Origin: Zancudomyces culisetae HAW-14-8
Lineage: Eukaryota; Fungi; Kickxellomycota
Direction of reading: 5' to 3'
Assembly: GCA_052426225.1 (NCBI GenBank)
Contig: JBNJNM010000021.1
Coordinates: forward strand, 3,348,001-3,412,000
Length of the DNA stretch: 64,000 nt
Positions 1 through 11,494 of this stretch are shown here, in pieces (positions within the stretch are counted from its first letter, which is position 1; each line of letters begins with the position of its first letter). Both the position numbers and the translations under genes were made by a program. Under the pieces are notes generated by a model. The model made no database searches. It saw only the letters and a program-made list of their open reading frames with translations, and was not told the DNA's origin.

Positions 1-2773
1 AAAGATGTTGGTAGATACTGTAGTAGTAGGGTATATGCGGGTAATGACCAAGTATGCACAAGGTCTATTATCAAAAGGTAACACATAGAATCAAAAATAA
101 TAGTTGTGATAATGGTAGAGTGGTGGTGGTGGTTGTAGTGGTAGTTGTGGAGTATAATAAAAAAAGGAAAATATGAGCAAGGTGTTAATTGACATGATTT
201 TATATTTACTAATAAATAGAGGAGTTGGAAGTACGGATGAAGGGGGATAGAAAGCTGGAGCGGCTGACACAGCTTCAATTTGAAGAGTTGTCAAAAGATG
301 TGTTTGATGAGCTTGACAGAAGGATGCATAAAGCACAAATATGTAAGTGAATGAATAGTTTGAGTAAAAACTTGATGATTTGTTAAATGTTATGGTTATG
401 GGTAAGAGGAAGAAGTAGAGGTAGAGGAACTGAGTTAATTATGAAAATGTGAATAAATAGTACCGTTTTTACCAGTGAAAGAGGCATATCATCCAAAAAG
501 GAACCAAGCAAGACAGAAACTAGCGACACTGCCTACCAAAAAGTTTATAGAACTGGTAGTAGATGTTAATAGCGAGTTGAGGTTGAGATACCCACGAGCA
601 GCTTCTAATGTAAGTGTTCAAAAAATTTGTGAAAAGTAGGATGAGGGGGGTGATGTAAGGGATAAACTACAGATGGTTTTTAAAAATTTTGTGTGTGGGT
701 ATGTTTTTTTTTGTTGTTTGAAAATAGCTGCAATATATGCAAAAATATGAGGAAAGACAGCAGAATTCAGGGTTTGGAGATGGAGATGGGAGTGGAGCAG
801 GTGTACTGAATTTCCAGGAAGGCAATGTTGTAGATGCAGGACAGCGGTATGATGAGGGAGATAGAGATAGGGGAGTTGGATTTAAGGCAAATACGAATTC
901 GGGCACAAGTACACCGATAAGGAGTCTAAATGGAAGAACAGGGGTCGGATTTGCGCAAGGGGGTACATACAATGATATCGAGAGAAGCGGTAATAGAAAT
1001 GTGATACAGAGTGGGGAGAGCGTGGCGTTGAGTAAAGCACCAAGTAATAGTAACAGCAGTGTCTCCAGCGAAGGGTACTCGAGAGCAATGGCAGGGTTAG
1101 ACTACCGAATGCCTGAACTGAAGCCGTCAGCGAGTGGGAGTGGGTATAGCAGTGCAGGTGATGTGGGGAGAGATTTTATGCAAATGACTCCACAAACACT
1201 AAGAAAAGATATGCTAAATAACAGCGTAGAAAACTATAAGAAAGAGGTAGATCAGTTGAAGCAGACGTTGTTGGAGTATGTAGAAAAAGAAAAAGAATAC
1301 AAAAAAATACAAGAGGAAGCTGAGCGACTAAAAATAGAAAACGAAGGTTACAAAAAGGCACTTGAGGAGAACGAAAAATTAATAAGTGAGCTTAAAGTAT
1401 ATGGCGAGTCTAGAGATAAAGAGATAGAAACCTTAAAGGCCAAAAATACAGAGCTTGCCAAAGAAATTACAGCGCTGGGGGCTGTAGAAAAGCCGTATGA
1501 TCGAAGGATTGATAGTGTAGAGACAGAGATGGACAAGGCGAATTCCAGGCTGGGAAAGATGATGGGAGAAAGAGGAGGAAATTCTGTACCCAACAAGAGA
1601 CAGCCTGCTGATTTTGTGGTAGATAATAAGTCGACCAATTCGCAGGTGCACGACAAAAACGACGTACAGAAAAGCGTAGCGACGAGAGGCAGCCTGTATA
1701 AACAGGATATCGAGGCATTATGGTATAGCGTAGATACGCTAGTGTTTTCGGTGCAGGCGAGACGCGCTAGTTTCCAAATAAACGAAGACATAGCCAAACA
1801 TACAGAAGCAGTAGAACATCTCATCAACAACATAAAGGCACTGAGCAAATCATTGCCCAGCAACTCTGCTGGCACTGAACGCGGTCGAAGTATTTCAACT
1901 GCAGACCAGCTGCAGGGAATGTCCAAAGAACTGGTATCGCGCAGCAATTTGCTTTGCGAGTGTGCCAGAAAATATATTGAGAACAAGAGCACAGGGCCAT
2001 CCGTCACATCACTGGTTGAAACTGCAGCTACTCGGCTAAATGCTCTCGCCTCGGAGCTAAACAAGTTCTTGGACTCGCTTGGGCCGATTGACATTCAGCA
2101 AGTTCCGACAACCGATGGAGGCTCTAGCTTGGAGTCGGAGTTTGAGCTGCTTAAGGGCAATCTATTCGGCCTCTCAGACGAAATCATAGACGCCATTTTA
2201 CTAACCCTCAAAATCATTAAAGTCAACGACCCATCCAACAGCACTGGTGTTGCTGGTCTCAAAGACCTTCCTAACGACACCTCACTTTCTCCTGCCCCTG
2301 TCTACCGCAACATCTCTTCTGTCTGTCGTCTGGTTTCCCATATCATCAGCATGTGCAAAACTCCATTTGCCAACGCTTTATCCAATCCTCGTGCTGCCCT
2401 GCTTCATCACCCACACTTTGATTCGTCCGAAGCTACTACAATACTCAAAGGTCTGGAAGGCAGCTACGCAAGGCTGGATGATTTGTTGAGTGATATTGAT
2501 GATGCTATGGATATAGTAGATGATCCTGATCCATCTCAACTTCCCCCACCACTTTCTTCCTCTTCTGGTGGTGCTGGTACCAATCCAAAACCTGGTGCCA
2601 ATCCGAATATAAACGCATCCAACTATAACTATTTAGAGGCAGTCAAAGACTATAAATTGATGGACCCTATTGTCTCTGAGCTTGTTCAGGACAGTGCATT
2701 TAGACATGGTTTGGCTATTTGCATGTTTGATGTAGCCAAATACATCAAGTCACTGGTAAAGTTGTTGGAATGA
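1..2773 (+). CDS. SPA2: Spa2/GIT-family polarisome scaffold, spliced (exons <=1-77, 220-342, 461-609, 728-2773); 5' end may lie outside the window or at ATG 5
   Basis: Exons upstream of the listed ORF encode both Spa2-homology repeats: KLERLTQLQFEELSKDVFDELDRR and LPFLPVKEAYHPKRNQARQKLATLPTKKFIELVVDVNSEL. GT-AG introns 78-219, 343-460 and 610-727 keep phase. A coiled coil and a helical C-terminus follow. Confidence 0.88.
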
Positions 2774-4576
2774 TCTGTTTTGACTATCTTTTTTTTTTGA
2801 TTTTATCTTTTGTTCTGTTTTGTTTTATTTTTAAAAGCATCATTCACACTATTTCAAATTCTTGTTAATATCAATTGAGAATAAAATATACATATCCGAA
2901 AAGTGCTTGATGACTACTACTTTTAAACGAGAACTTTTATAAGCCAGATAAGAATAAAATGAAGAAAAAAAAACTTGAATCAGAATAAATCAGGGTATAT
3001 CCGGCCATTAACATCCTTGACTACTACATAAAAAATGGACACCTTGAACTATCTAAACAACCGTTACTCAGTGTTTCCCGGGTATTTCTATAACTGGACG
3101 CTTTGAGTAACAAAAAAAAAAAGCAAAGCAAAAGGTAATATACCACAATCCATTTTTTTTTGTTAATTTCTAACATGACTGCTTTTGCAAAGAAAACTGA
3201 GTAGAGAAAAGATGGAATGGTGATGGTTAATAAGGTATCACACATTCAATTTGGTTCTTTACTTGAGATTATTAATGATGTAGTGTTCTAATTCCCGCTA
3301 GATGTATTAAATAGTTGAATTATAAAAGGTAACCATAGCGACCATTTCTAATATAAAAAACTATTCATTGTTCAGATGCTCTTACAAAATGTAAACAAAT
3401 ATAACGTTATACAAATATTAATCTAAATGGAAGACCACTTGGTTGAGCGAATTGTCATGAAAATTTGGTGATAAAAGTGCGCCAATATGTGGTGTAATCA
3501 ATGTACATTTTGAAATGTGAAAATAAAATGTATTGGAAATTATCGGATCGCAAATAGCTCTCCATGCTTTTTCCTAGCCCATATTTCAAAATCTATATTT
3601 AAAACCTCGTTTAAATTAAAGTGTAAAACCAAGCAAATATAATCTAAATATAAATCCCAGCCCTATCAACCTAAAACCGAAATGTCGTCATTCAGATGGC
3701 ATTTGGACATCATGTGTAGAGCTCGGGATTACAAAAATATATGCCATAACATTTGCAACAAGGTAACAAGGTTCAACAAGTTTGTGTAAGATGAAGTGAT
3801 AAACAATACAACAAGTAATGGTAAAAACTGGGTTATCGCAATATAACTACATTTACAACCGATTTTGAAGATATTATTGGAACTATTGATAAATGATGGG
3901 CTTTTAATCACATTATTATTTTCTTTGACTTTTTATTGTTTTTATTGTTACAAAATATCAAGTAGTTTTTAACTGCTTATTACCTAAAAGGCTACTACCA
4001 AATATGTACAAAAACAAGTGTTTTCAGGGAGCAAAGGAACCGCTGAGCTTTATGGAGTTTGTTGATGGACGACCAGAAATTGGGGAAAGAAGATGTGAGT
4101 AACAAGAGACTGTGTGAAAGCAAAGCAGGGAGCGGAAGGGATGCTGTTTTTTTTTTGTTTTTTTGTTTTTTGGTAAAGGGAGGAAAGTCGTTCTACTGAA
4201 ATTGTAGATGTTTCCGAAATTGCTATTTAGCTAAAAGAAATGAAGTTCCATATTTTTAGATTTAGATTTTTTTTTCTTTGCAATAGCTACAGAGGTTGTA
4301 CATTATATAATATATTAAATGAAAGGGTGGGAAGGGCAGTTATTAAGGCATAGAAGTGCAAAGAAACAATATCTAGCCCCTTTTTTTTTCCATTATTTTT
4401 GTTCATTCTTTGATAAAAAAAAATAGATAGAAGGGCTATATAAACCCTCCGCAAAAAATAAAATAAAAATAAAAAACCAGCGAAGCAGTAGATACTAGGC
4501 GATAAAGTACAAAAGTTCCATTATAGTTTTGGAAGATAAACTGTGCGAAAAGTAGAAATAACTGTCATACAAAAAA

Positions 4577-4600
4577 ACACACACACACACACACACACAC
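4577..4600. repeat. (AC)n microsatellite
   Basis: Uninterrupted acacac run seen directly. Confidence 0.9.
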
Positions 4601-5112
4601 AATAAGAATACTTTTAGAGGTCAAAAGATACGCTATTGATCAAGTATTCTTTTATCGCAATATATGTACATACAAATCACGACGTTTGACAATAAAGTCT
4701 GCTAGCACCTTTTTTCGTTTTTATTTCTTTCTCGTTTGCTTTTAGTTTTTTATTCTGATATATTAGAATAGGATAAACCAAAAGAGAAAAGAAAGAAAAC
4801 AAACAAGCATAGAATAGAGTAGAGTAGAGTAGAATAGTGCGAAAACAAGGCATAAACTTCTCATAGACTGCATTTATAATCAACAGCATATACATACCAG
4901 CTGTGTACTATAAAGCTAGTAAAATAGTAAATAAATAAACAAACAAACAAACAGACAGACAAACGGGAACTTGGAGAAATACAATTGCTAATATACCCAG
5001 TAGCTTGTTGAAACGAATAAAGAATACTTTTTTGAGGAGGATAAAGAAAAAGAGAAAGCAAAAGCAAAAGCAAAAGCAAAAGTGAATTAGAGTCGGGAAT
5101 AAATAAAAAAAG

Positions 5113-5523
5113 ATGTCACATTACAAAAAGGTTTCAAGGGCCGAAAAGACACTAATAAGGCTCCAACGGCAGATCATAAGGTTACAAAGCGAGCTCAAGC
5201 TTAAGCGAATACCGGTTTCGGTGGCCAGTATGTCGTAAGTACCTTTGGTTTTTATATTGGTATCTAAGAAAAAAAAAACACTTGATATATGGACCTGTAT
5301 TTATCAACAAATAAAGTTGAACCACGAATAAAGAGGCAGATTGCCAGAGAAATATCTAGATGTCTAAATATGATATTTATTAATAACTCACCGTTTAATG
5401 TAAAATAGGTTGATAGAGTTTTGTGAAAACACACCAGACTATCTAGTTCCTTCGAAATGGGGTCGGCCCATAAATGACCCATTTGACGAAGACGAGCGTC
5501 AGACTTGCTGCTCCATAATGTAG
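5113..5523 (+). CDS. Heterotrimeric G-protein gamma subunit, 78 aa (exons 5113-5234, 5409-5523)
   Basis: Spliced product MSHYKK...LQSELKLKRIPVSVASMSLIEFCENTPDYLVPSKWGRPINDPFDEDERQTCCSIM. It has the fungal G-gamma motifs (RIPVS.AS, DYLVPS.WG) and a terminal CCaaX box. The GTAAGT...TAG intron keeps frame. Not in the ORF track. Confidence 0.92.
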
Positions 5524-6242
5524 AATTGTTGATGTTGATGTTTATATATATATTATATACATATATATATTTTTGAATGTGAGGTAAAGTTAAAGTAGGT
5601 AGAAGGGGTGGGGATGTGGAGAGTAGGGGTATGAAGGAGAAGGTGTATGTTTTTTATACGTCATCATTCATAGTAGATCAATTATAGAACTTGCTAATGA
5701 TGGGTGTTTTTCATTTTCATTATCATTTTCTTTTCAATTATGAAAAAATAATAAAAACATTATAAAGAAATTGGGTTTAAAAAAAGAGTACATTAGTGAC
5801 ATGAAGATAATCAGCTAATAAAGAGAGTGTACAATTTTTTTATCTTAAGCCAGCAGTAGCATAAATACTGGGTACAAGAAAAGTTAAAGTGTAGATTCGG
5901 TTAGTGTTCGTATTTACAGCATCAAAGTTTGCAAATCGAGCTGTAAGAATAACAGTTAAATGTGCAACTAATTTAGTTGTTGTTGAATGTCATTTGATTG
6001 GGTATCGCATTTAAGCACCAGATCGACTAATTCAAGAGAAAAAATTTTTTTTTTTTTTTTTACGTCGAATTGTTGGTAAATTATAATGGTTAATATATAC
6101 GTGATTAAATTACAAAAAAAAACTGAGGATAAATCCAAAGGAAAAGAAAGCAATTGTACAAGAGAAGAGAAATATCACGGTCAATTTGAAAATATAACAT
6201 AGCAAAATAGAATAGAATATAAAGTAATACAAAAATAAAACA

Positions 6243-7949
6243 ATGAGTACAGAGAGCGAGAGTGTAATGCCCAAGTTTGCAGAGCTGGTAAGAATATTAT
6301 ACAGTTTATTATATATTTTTCTTGTTAAAGCGGATTTAGACAGAAAAGGTAAAAGGGATAGGATTAATTGATTTGTTGAAATGTATTGCGAATTCTAGGG
6401 AGTGATGGAGGAAATATGCGAAGCATGTGCCAATGTAGGATATAAAGCACCTACGGAAATCCAAAAGGAAACAATACCATGGGCTTTACAAGGTAAATAG
6501 TGGCGAGTATTGATATCTAAGCAAAAAGAAACCAAATTAGAAATTGAATATCGAGAAATATCTAAAAAAAAAAAAACAAAACAAAACAATAAATAAAACT
6601 AGGTCGAGATATAATTGGACTTGCGCAGACAGGTTCAGGAAAGACGGCTGCTTTTGCGATACCTATACTACAAGCATTATGGAATGAACCTTCTGGTCTA
6701 TTTGCATGTGTGATGGCACCTACAAGGTAAGAATATCAACTTTTTTTAAAAACAAAGAGAAAAAGGAGACCATTAATAATTGAGAGGGAGAATAATGGGT
6801 TTTGTAGCTATTGTCAAAGAGGTGAGATTTATAAAAGAAAAAAAAATTTTTTTTTGTCGTCGAAATAGAGAGTTGGCATATCAGATAGCCGAGACATTTG
6901 AAGCGTTGGGGTCAACCATAGGAGCACGATGTGCGGTGATAGTGGGAGGAATGGATATGGTAACGCAGGCTATAGCACTTTCAAAGAAGCCACATATAGT
7001 AGTATGTACACCGGGCAGATTGCAGGACCATTTGGAAAACACCAAAGGATTTTCGCTGAAAACACTCAAGTATTTGGTGATGGATGAGGCAGATCGGCTG
7101 CTGGATATGGATTTCGGACCAAAGATCGAAAAGATTCTGCGGGAGATTCCGATTGAGCGCAAGACGTATTTGTTTTCAGCAACGATGACGACAAAAGTAG
7201 CGAAGCTCCAGCGGGCATCACTGAAAAACCCGGTAAAGATCGAGGTGTCATCAAAGTATTCGACAGTCGACAAGCTGTTGCAATACTATTTGTTTTTCCC
7301 GTACAAGTATAAGGACAGTTATTTGGTGTGGTTGATGAATGAGAATGTGGGAAAGAGTGCGATTGTATTTGCTCGAACTTGCAATGAAGTAAATCGACTT
7401 GGGTACTTGCTAAAGAGTCTTGGGATGGAGGCACTTCCATTGAACGGACAAATGTCGATGGACAAGCGGATGGGGGCGCTGAACAAGTTTAAGGCGGGGA
7501 GTCGGAGGATATTGATAGCAACGGATGTGGCATCGCGTGGGTTGGATATTCCAATGGTTGACCTGGTGGTGAATTTCGACATGCCAACAAATTCAAAGGA
7601 TTATATTCACCGAGTTGGACGAACAGCGAGAGCAGGGCGAGCAGGAAAATCGTTGACGTTTGTGACGCAGTATGATATCGAGTTGTTGCAGCGGATCGAG
7701 GCAGTGGTGGGCAAGAAGATGGATGAGTATGAGCACGATAAGGAGGCGGTGATGTTGCTTCACGAACGTGTGTTGGAAGCGCAGCGAATGGCAATTCAAG
7801 AGTTGAAGGAGGCTGAGACCCGCAAGAGCAATGGTAAAAAGAGGAAGGGAGGTAGTAGAGGAGATGTAGAGGGAGATAATGACGATATTGATGGAGAAAG
7901 GATTTCATTGAAGTTGCAAAAGAATGGAAAGAAGAAATCTAGGAGGTGA
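6243..7949 (+). CDS. RRP3: DEAD-box rRNA helicase Rrp3/DDX47, 4 exons
   Basis: Upstream exons supply the Q motif ([14 protein letters not shown]) and motif I (AQTGSGKT). The main exon has TPGRL, DEAD, SAT, ARG/SRGLD and HRVGRTAR, plus a basic C-terminal tail. Confidence 0.92.
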
Positions 7950-8490
7950 ATAAATCTTGGGAATTGATGTTTATTTTTCAAATTATTAGTGTTATTATTA
8001 TTATTGAAGATGGATGATTTGTGAATATATATAAATTTATTGGAATTTAAACACGAAAAAATAAAATGTTTGGCATAAAGAGAAATAAAGGGAGGGGGAG
8101 AGAAAAAATAATAAAATGATTATAATTAAAGTGCAGAAATCGAAAAAAATGGATATAAATTTTTTTTTTTGTGTTTGCATAAAGGGTAAAAATAAAAAAG
8201 AGAGAGAATTCTAAAATCAGAATAAATCGAGAAACGAAAATAAGAGTAATAGTATTGTAAAATGCAATAGAGGAAACAGGAAGTAGGAAAAAGGAAAAAG
8301 GAAAAAGGAAATAGAAAATAGGAAAAAAAATAAAGGGAAATAGAGAGGTATTGGATGAAAAGCTTGTAGAAAACACACTACTAATTTATTAGCGAGATTG
8401 TAAAAGTAATTAATTGAAAAACTAGATCACAGGACAAACAAAAGCAAAAACAAAAACAAAAAGAGAATAAGGGAAAAGATATAAAAAAAA

Positions 8491-11400
8491 ATGAGTTCGA
8501 GTAGAGAGGAGGATAACGACTTTGAACAAGAGTTGAGGAAATTGAAAAAAGATTACAAAAAAAGAGTGGATACACAATACAGTGATGAAGTAGAAGAAGA
8601 TGAAGAAAGCGAGGGTGAACATGGAAGAAAACCAGAGAGAAGAGGGAGTGATAGAAGGAACAAGAGAAAGCATGACAGGGATGAGGATGATGACGAAGAA
8701 AGAAGTGAAGGGATAGAGGAGGAGGAAGAAGAAGAGGAAGAGGAAGAGGAAGAGGAAGAGGAAGAACAAGAACAAGAGTCGGAGGAGGAAGAGAGGTATA
8801 AGAGTAGAGAAAAGAAAAAGAGACGTAGAGCAGGAGGAAATATATTTTTGGATGTGGAAGCGGCAGTAGATACAGAGGACGAGGAGGACGAAGAGGGGGA
8901 ATTGGATGATGGGTTTATAGAGCATGACGAATCAGCACTTGCAGAGGCGGAAAGAGTGTCGTTGAGCCAGCACCGAAGGTATGTGGGGAGAATGGAGGAG
9001 CCAGAGCTGGATGTAGATGAGTTGGCGGCACGATTGAAGGACAGATATGAGGGGTATGGAACACGCAAGCGGGTGGTTTCGGGAGGGGAGCATGTGCCAA
9101 AGCGGTTTTTGCTTCCGGGAATAAATGATCCGAGTTTGTGGGTGATTAGATGTGCGTTGGGAAAGGAAAGAGATGTAGTATTCCAATTGATGCGACGATA
9201 TGCAGATCGACGACAGGAAAGGGCGCGGCGGGGTGAGCCAGAAGAAGATGGTAGCGGGGTGTTTTCGGTTTACTGTCGAAGTGGACTTCCGGGATATGTA
9301 TATATAGAGTCAACGACGCAGGGCGAGGCGTTGAAGGCGATAGAGCGGGCGGCGGGGATTATAGGCAGCAAACTGACGCTAGTGCCGATTGAGCAGATGG
9401 TGGATGTGGTGCGAATTAAAAAGAAGGAGCGACAGCTGCAGCCGGGAGCATGGGTGCGAATCAAGCGGGGTAAATATGCGGGGGATTTGGCGCAGGTGTT
9501 GGGGATTTACGATACGACAGATACGGTGGAACTGAAGCTGGTGCCGCGACTGGACTACGAGGGCGACTTTGAAGGCGGGCGGCGTAGTGGGCGGATGGCG
9601 CAGCGGATGTTTGATCCGCGGGAGGCAGAGCGAATTGATGTAGGCAAGCCAGTGATTGGGCGAGGCGGGGATGTGTACCAATGGGGAGGAGATGTGTACC
9701 ACAAGGGGTATTTGGAGAAGGAATTCAAGCTGGCGAGTGTGCAGACAGAAAGCGTCAATCCGACACTAGAAGAGATTACACAGTTTTCGGCGGGCGACGG
9801 AGACGTGTTGGCAGAGGCGGCGGCAGCAGCGTCGGTACAGGAGAGCAATGGACAGGAGCAGGAAGGATGGATGACGATTGGAGACCGAGTAGAGGTGGTA
9901 GAGGGAGACTTGGTGGGGATGACAGGGTCGGTGTTGGCGATTGACAGCGACGGCATTCTGAAAGTGCGGATGGATAAAAAGTCGTTGGTAGTGAGTTTCC
10001 GTACACGCCAACTGCGCAAGCTGTTCCGAGCTGGAGACCACGTCAAGGTGTTGCGAGGCAAACATAGCGGGGCCACAGGAATGGTTGTGTCTGTCGGCAA
10101 CCAGATAGTCACGCTGCTGTCGGATCTTTCGCTATCTGAAATCCGCGTGTTTGCGCGCGATGTGTGCCAGTCGGCCGACATTTCTGCATCGGTAGAAAAT
10201 AACGCATTTGACAAGCACGACATGGTGTCCCTGGATGGCGGCCGCTCTGTTGCTGTGGTTCTGGCGGCCGAGCGCGGCACGTATCGTGTGCTGGACCAGA
10301 ACGGCGATGTCCAGACCATCAAGGCATACGAGGCAGCACCTGTGCGGGCCGGCGGCGGCAATGTGGTGGCGATTGATTCGGCCGGCAACGAGGTCCGGGT
10401 TGGCGATGTTGTGCGCGAGACGTATGGCGGCCGGTCGGGCACAGTAGTGCAGCTTAGTCGGTTTGTGGCGTTTGTGCGGTCGCCTAACCAGCTCGACAAT
10501 GGCGGTGTGTTTGTTTGCAAAGTTCGAAACTTGGTTTCAACTGCTCCAAAGAGTAATTCCATGTCTCCTTTTTCGTTTGGTGTTCGCAAACCACCTGTCC
10601 GTAATAATTATAACAATAATAACAATAATAACAATAATGGTGGTTATGGTGATCGAGGTGGTGGTCGAGGTGGTAGTCGTGGAGGCGGTCGTGGGGGTGG
10701 TCGTGGAGGTGGAGGTGGAGGTAGTCGTCCTCCTCCAAGACTTTCCCGTAGAGATCGTGATGCTGCCTTGGGAAAATCTGTTATTATTATTCGTGGCTCG
10801 TTTAAAGGTTATATGGGAATCATCAAGGATATTACAGCTTCAATGGTGCGTGTTGAACTGCATACTTCTGCTCGTATTGTAAATGTTGATCGCGATAAAC
10901 TCCAAGTTAAAACCGATCGAGGAATGGTTCTTCTCAACGAATTTCTTGATCCTCTATCCGCCTCCTCCTCCTCTTCTTCCTCATCATCTTATTCTTCTTC
11001 TTCTACTCCTATTAATATTCCTGATACTCCAAACTCTTCCGCCACTCCTGCCGCTTCTGGTTGGGGCGCTCCAAGCAATATAAATACCCCTGGCGCTCTT
11101 CCGGCCGCCACCCCGACCTCCTCATGGAACTACTCTTCTGCTCCTACTTCTACTTTTGGTTTTCCTGCAACTCCTGGTGTAAACACTCCCAGAGTTTCTT
11201 CTTCTTGGGGTGGTGGCGATTCGTCCAACTTACCTGTTCCTGGAACTCCTGGATATGCCCAACCTCAATCTCAATCTCAATCTCAATCTCAATCTCAATC
11301 TCAGTATCAACCTGATTCTTCTAATTCTAATTCTAATTCTAATTCGGGTTGGGGCGATCCATATCCTGCTGGAAATAACACTTCTGATTCTGGCTGGTAG
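8491..11400 (+). CDS. SPT5: Transcription elongation factor Spt5
   Basis: Acidic N-terminus, LLPGINDPSLW start of the NGN domain, multiple KOW motifs (WVRIKRGKYAGDLAQV, GDRVEVVEG, GDHVKVLRG, IIRGSFKGYMG) and a TP/W-rich C-terminal repeat region. Confidence 0.95.
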   Translation: MSSSREEDNDFEQELRKLKKDYKKRVDTQYSDEVEEDEESEGEHGRKPERRGSDRRNKRKHDRDEDDDEERSEGIEEEEEEEEEEEEEEEEEQEQESEEEERYKSREKKKRRRAGGNIFLDVEAAVDTEDEEDEEGELDDGFIEHDESALAEAERVSLSQHRRYVGRMEEPELDVDELAARLKDRYEGYGTRKRVVSGGEHVPKRFLLPGINDPSLWVIRCALGKERDVVFQLMRRYADRRQERARRGEPEEDGSGVFSVYCRSGLPGYVYIESTTQGEALKAIERAAGIIGSKLTLVPIEQMVDVVRIKKKERQLQPGAWVRIKRGKYAGDLAQVLGIYDTTDTVELKLVPRLDYEGDFEGGRRSGRMAQRMFDPREAERIDVGKPVIGRGGDVYQWGGDVYHKGYLEKEFKLASVQTESVNPTLEEITQFSAGDGDVLAEAAAAASVQESNGQEQEGWMTIGDRVEVVEGDLVGMTGSVLAIDSDGILKVRMDKKSLVVSFRTRQLRKLFRAGDHVKVLRGKHSGATGMVVSVGNQIVTLLSDLSLSEIRVFARDVCQSADISASVENNAFDKHDMVSLDGGRSVAVVLAAERGTYRVLDQNGDVQTIKAYEAAPVRAGGGNVVAIDSAGNEVRVGDVVRETYGGRSGTVVQLSRFVAFVRSPNQLDNGGVFVCKVRNLVSTAPKSNSMSPFSFGVRKPPVRNNYNNNNNNNNNGGYGDRGGGRGGSRGGGRGGGRGGGGGGSRPPPRLSRRDRDAALGKSVIIIRGSFKGYMGIIKDITASMVRVELHTSARIVNVDRDKLQVKTDRGMVLLNEFLDPLSASSSSSSSSSYSSSSTPINIPDTPNSSATPAASGWGAPSNINTPGALPAATPTSSWNYSSAPTSTFGFPATPGVNTPRVSSSWGGGDSSNLPVPGTPGYAQPQSQSQSQSQSQSQYQPDSSNSNSNSNSGWGDPYPAGNNTSDSGW

Positions 11401-11494
11401 TATTACTTTTTTTATTATTATTTCATTGTTGCTATTATTATTTATTATTTAATATTTCTCGAATATATTAAAATAAAATATATTAAAATAAATA

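Noticed and set aside
3661-4098. Possible small two-exon gene (AG at 3660, GTAACA at 3762, AG at 3990)
   Set aside because: Two frames are open, neither resembles a family I recognise, and the start is unclear.
8422-11452. Long antisense and alternate-frame ORFs over SPT5, with similar ones over SPA2, RRP3, ALDH and BCS1
   Set aside because: Shadows of the real genes caused by low-complexity, skewed codon usage.
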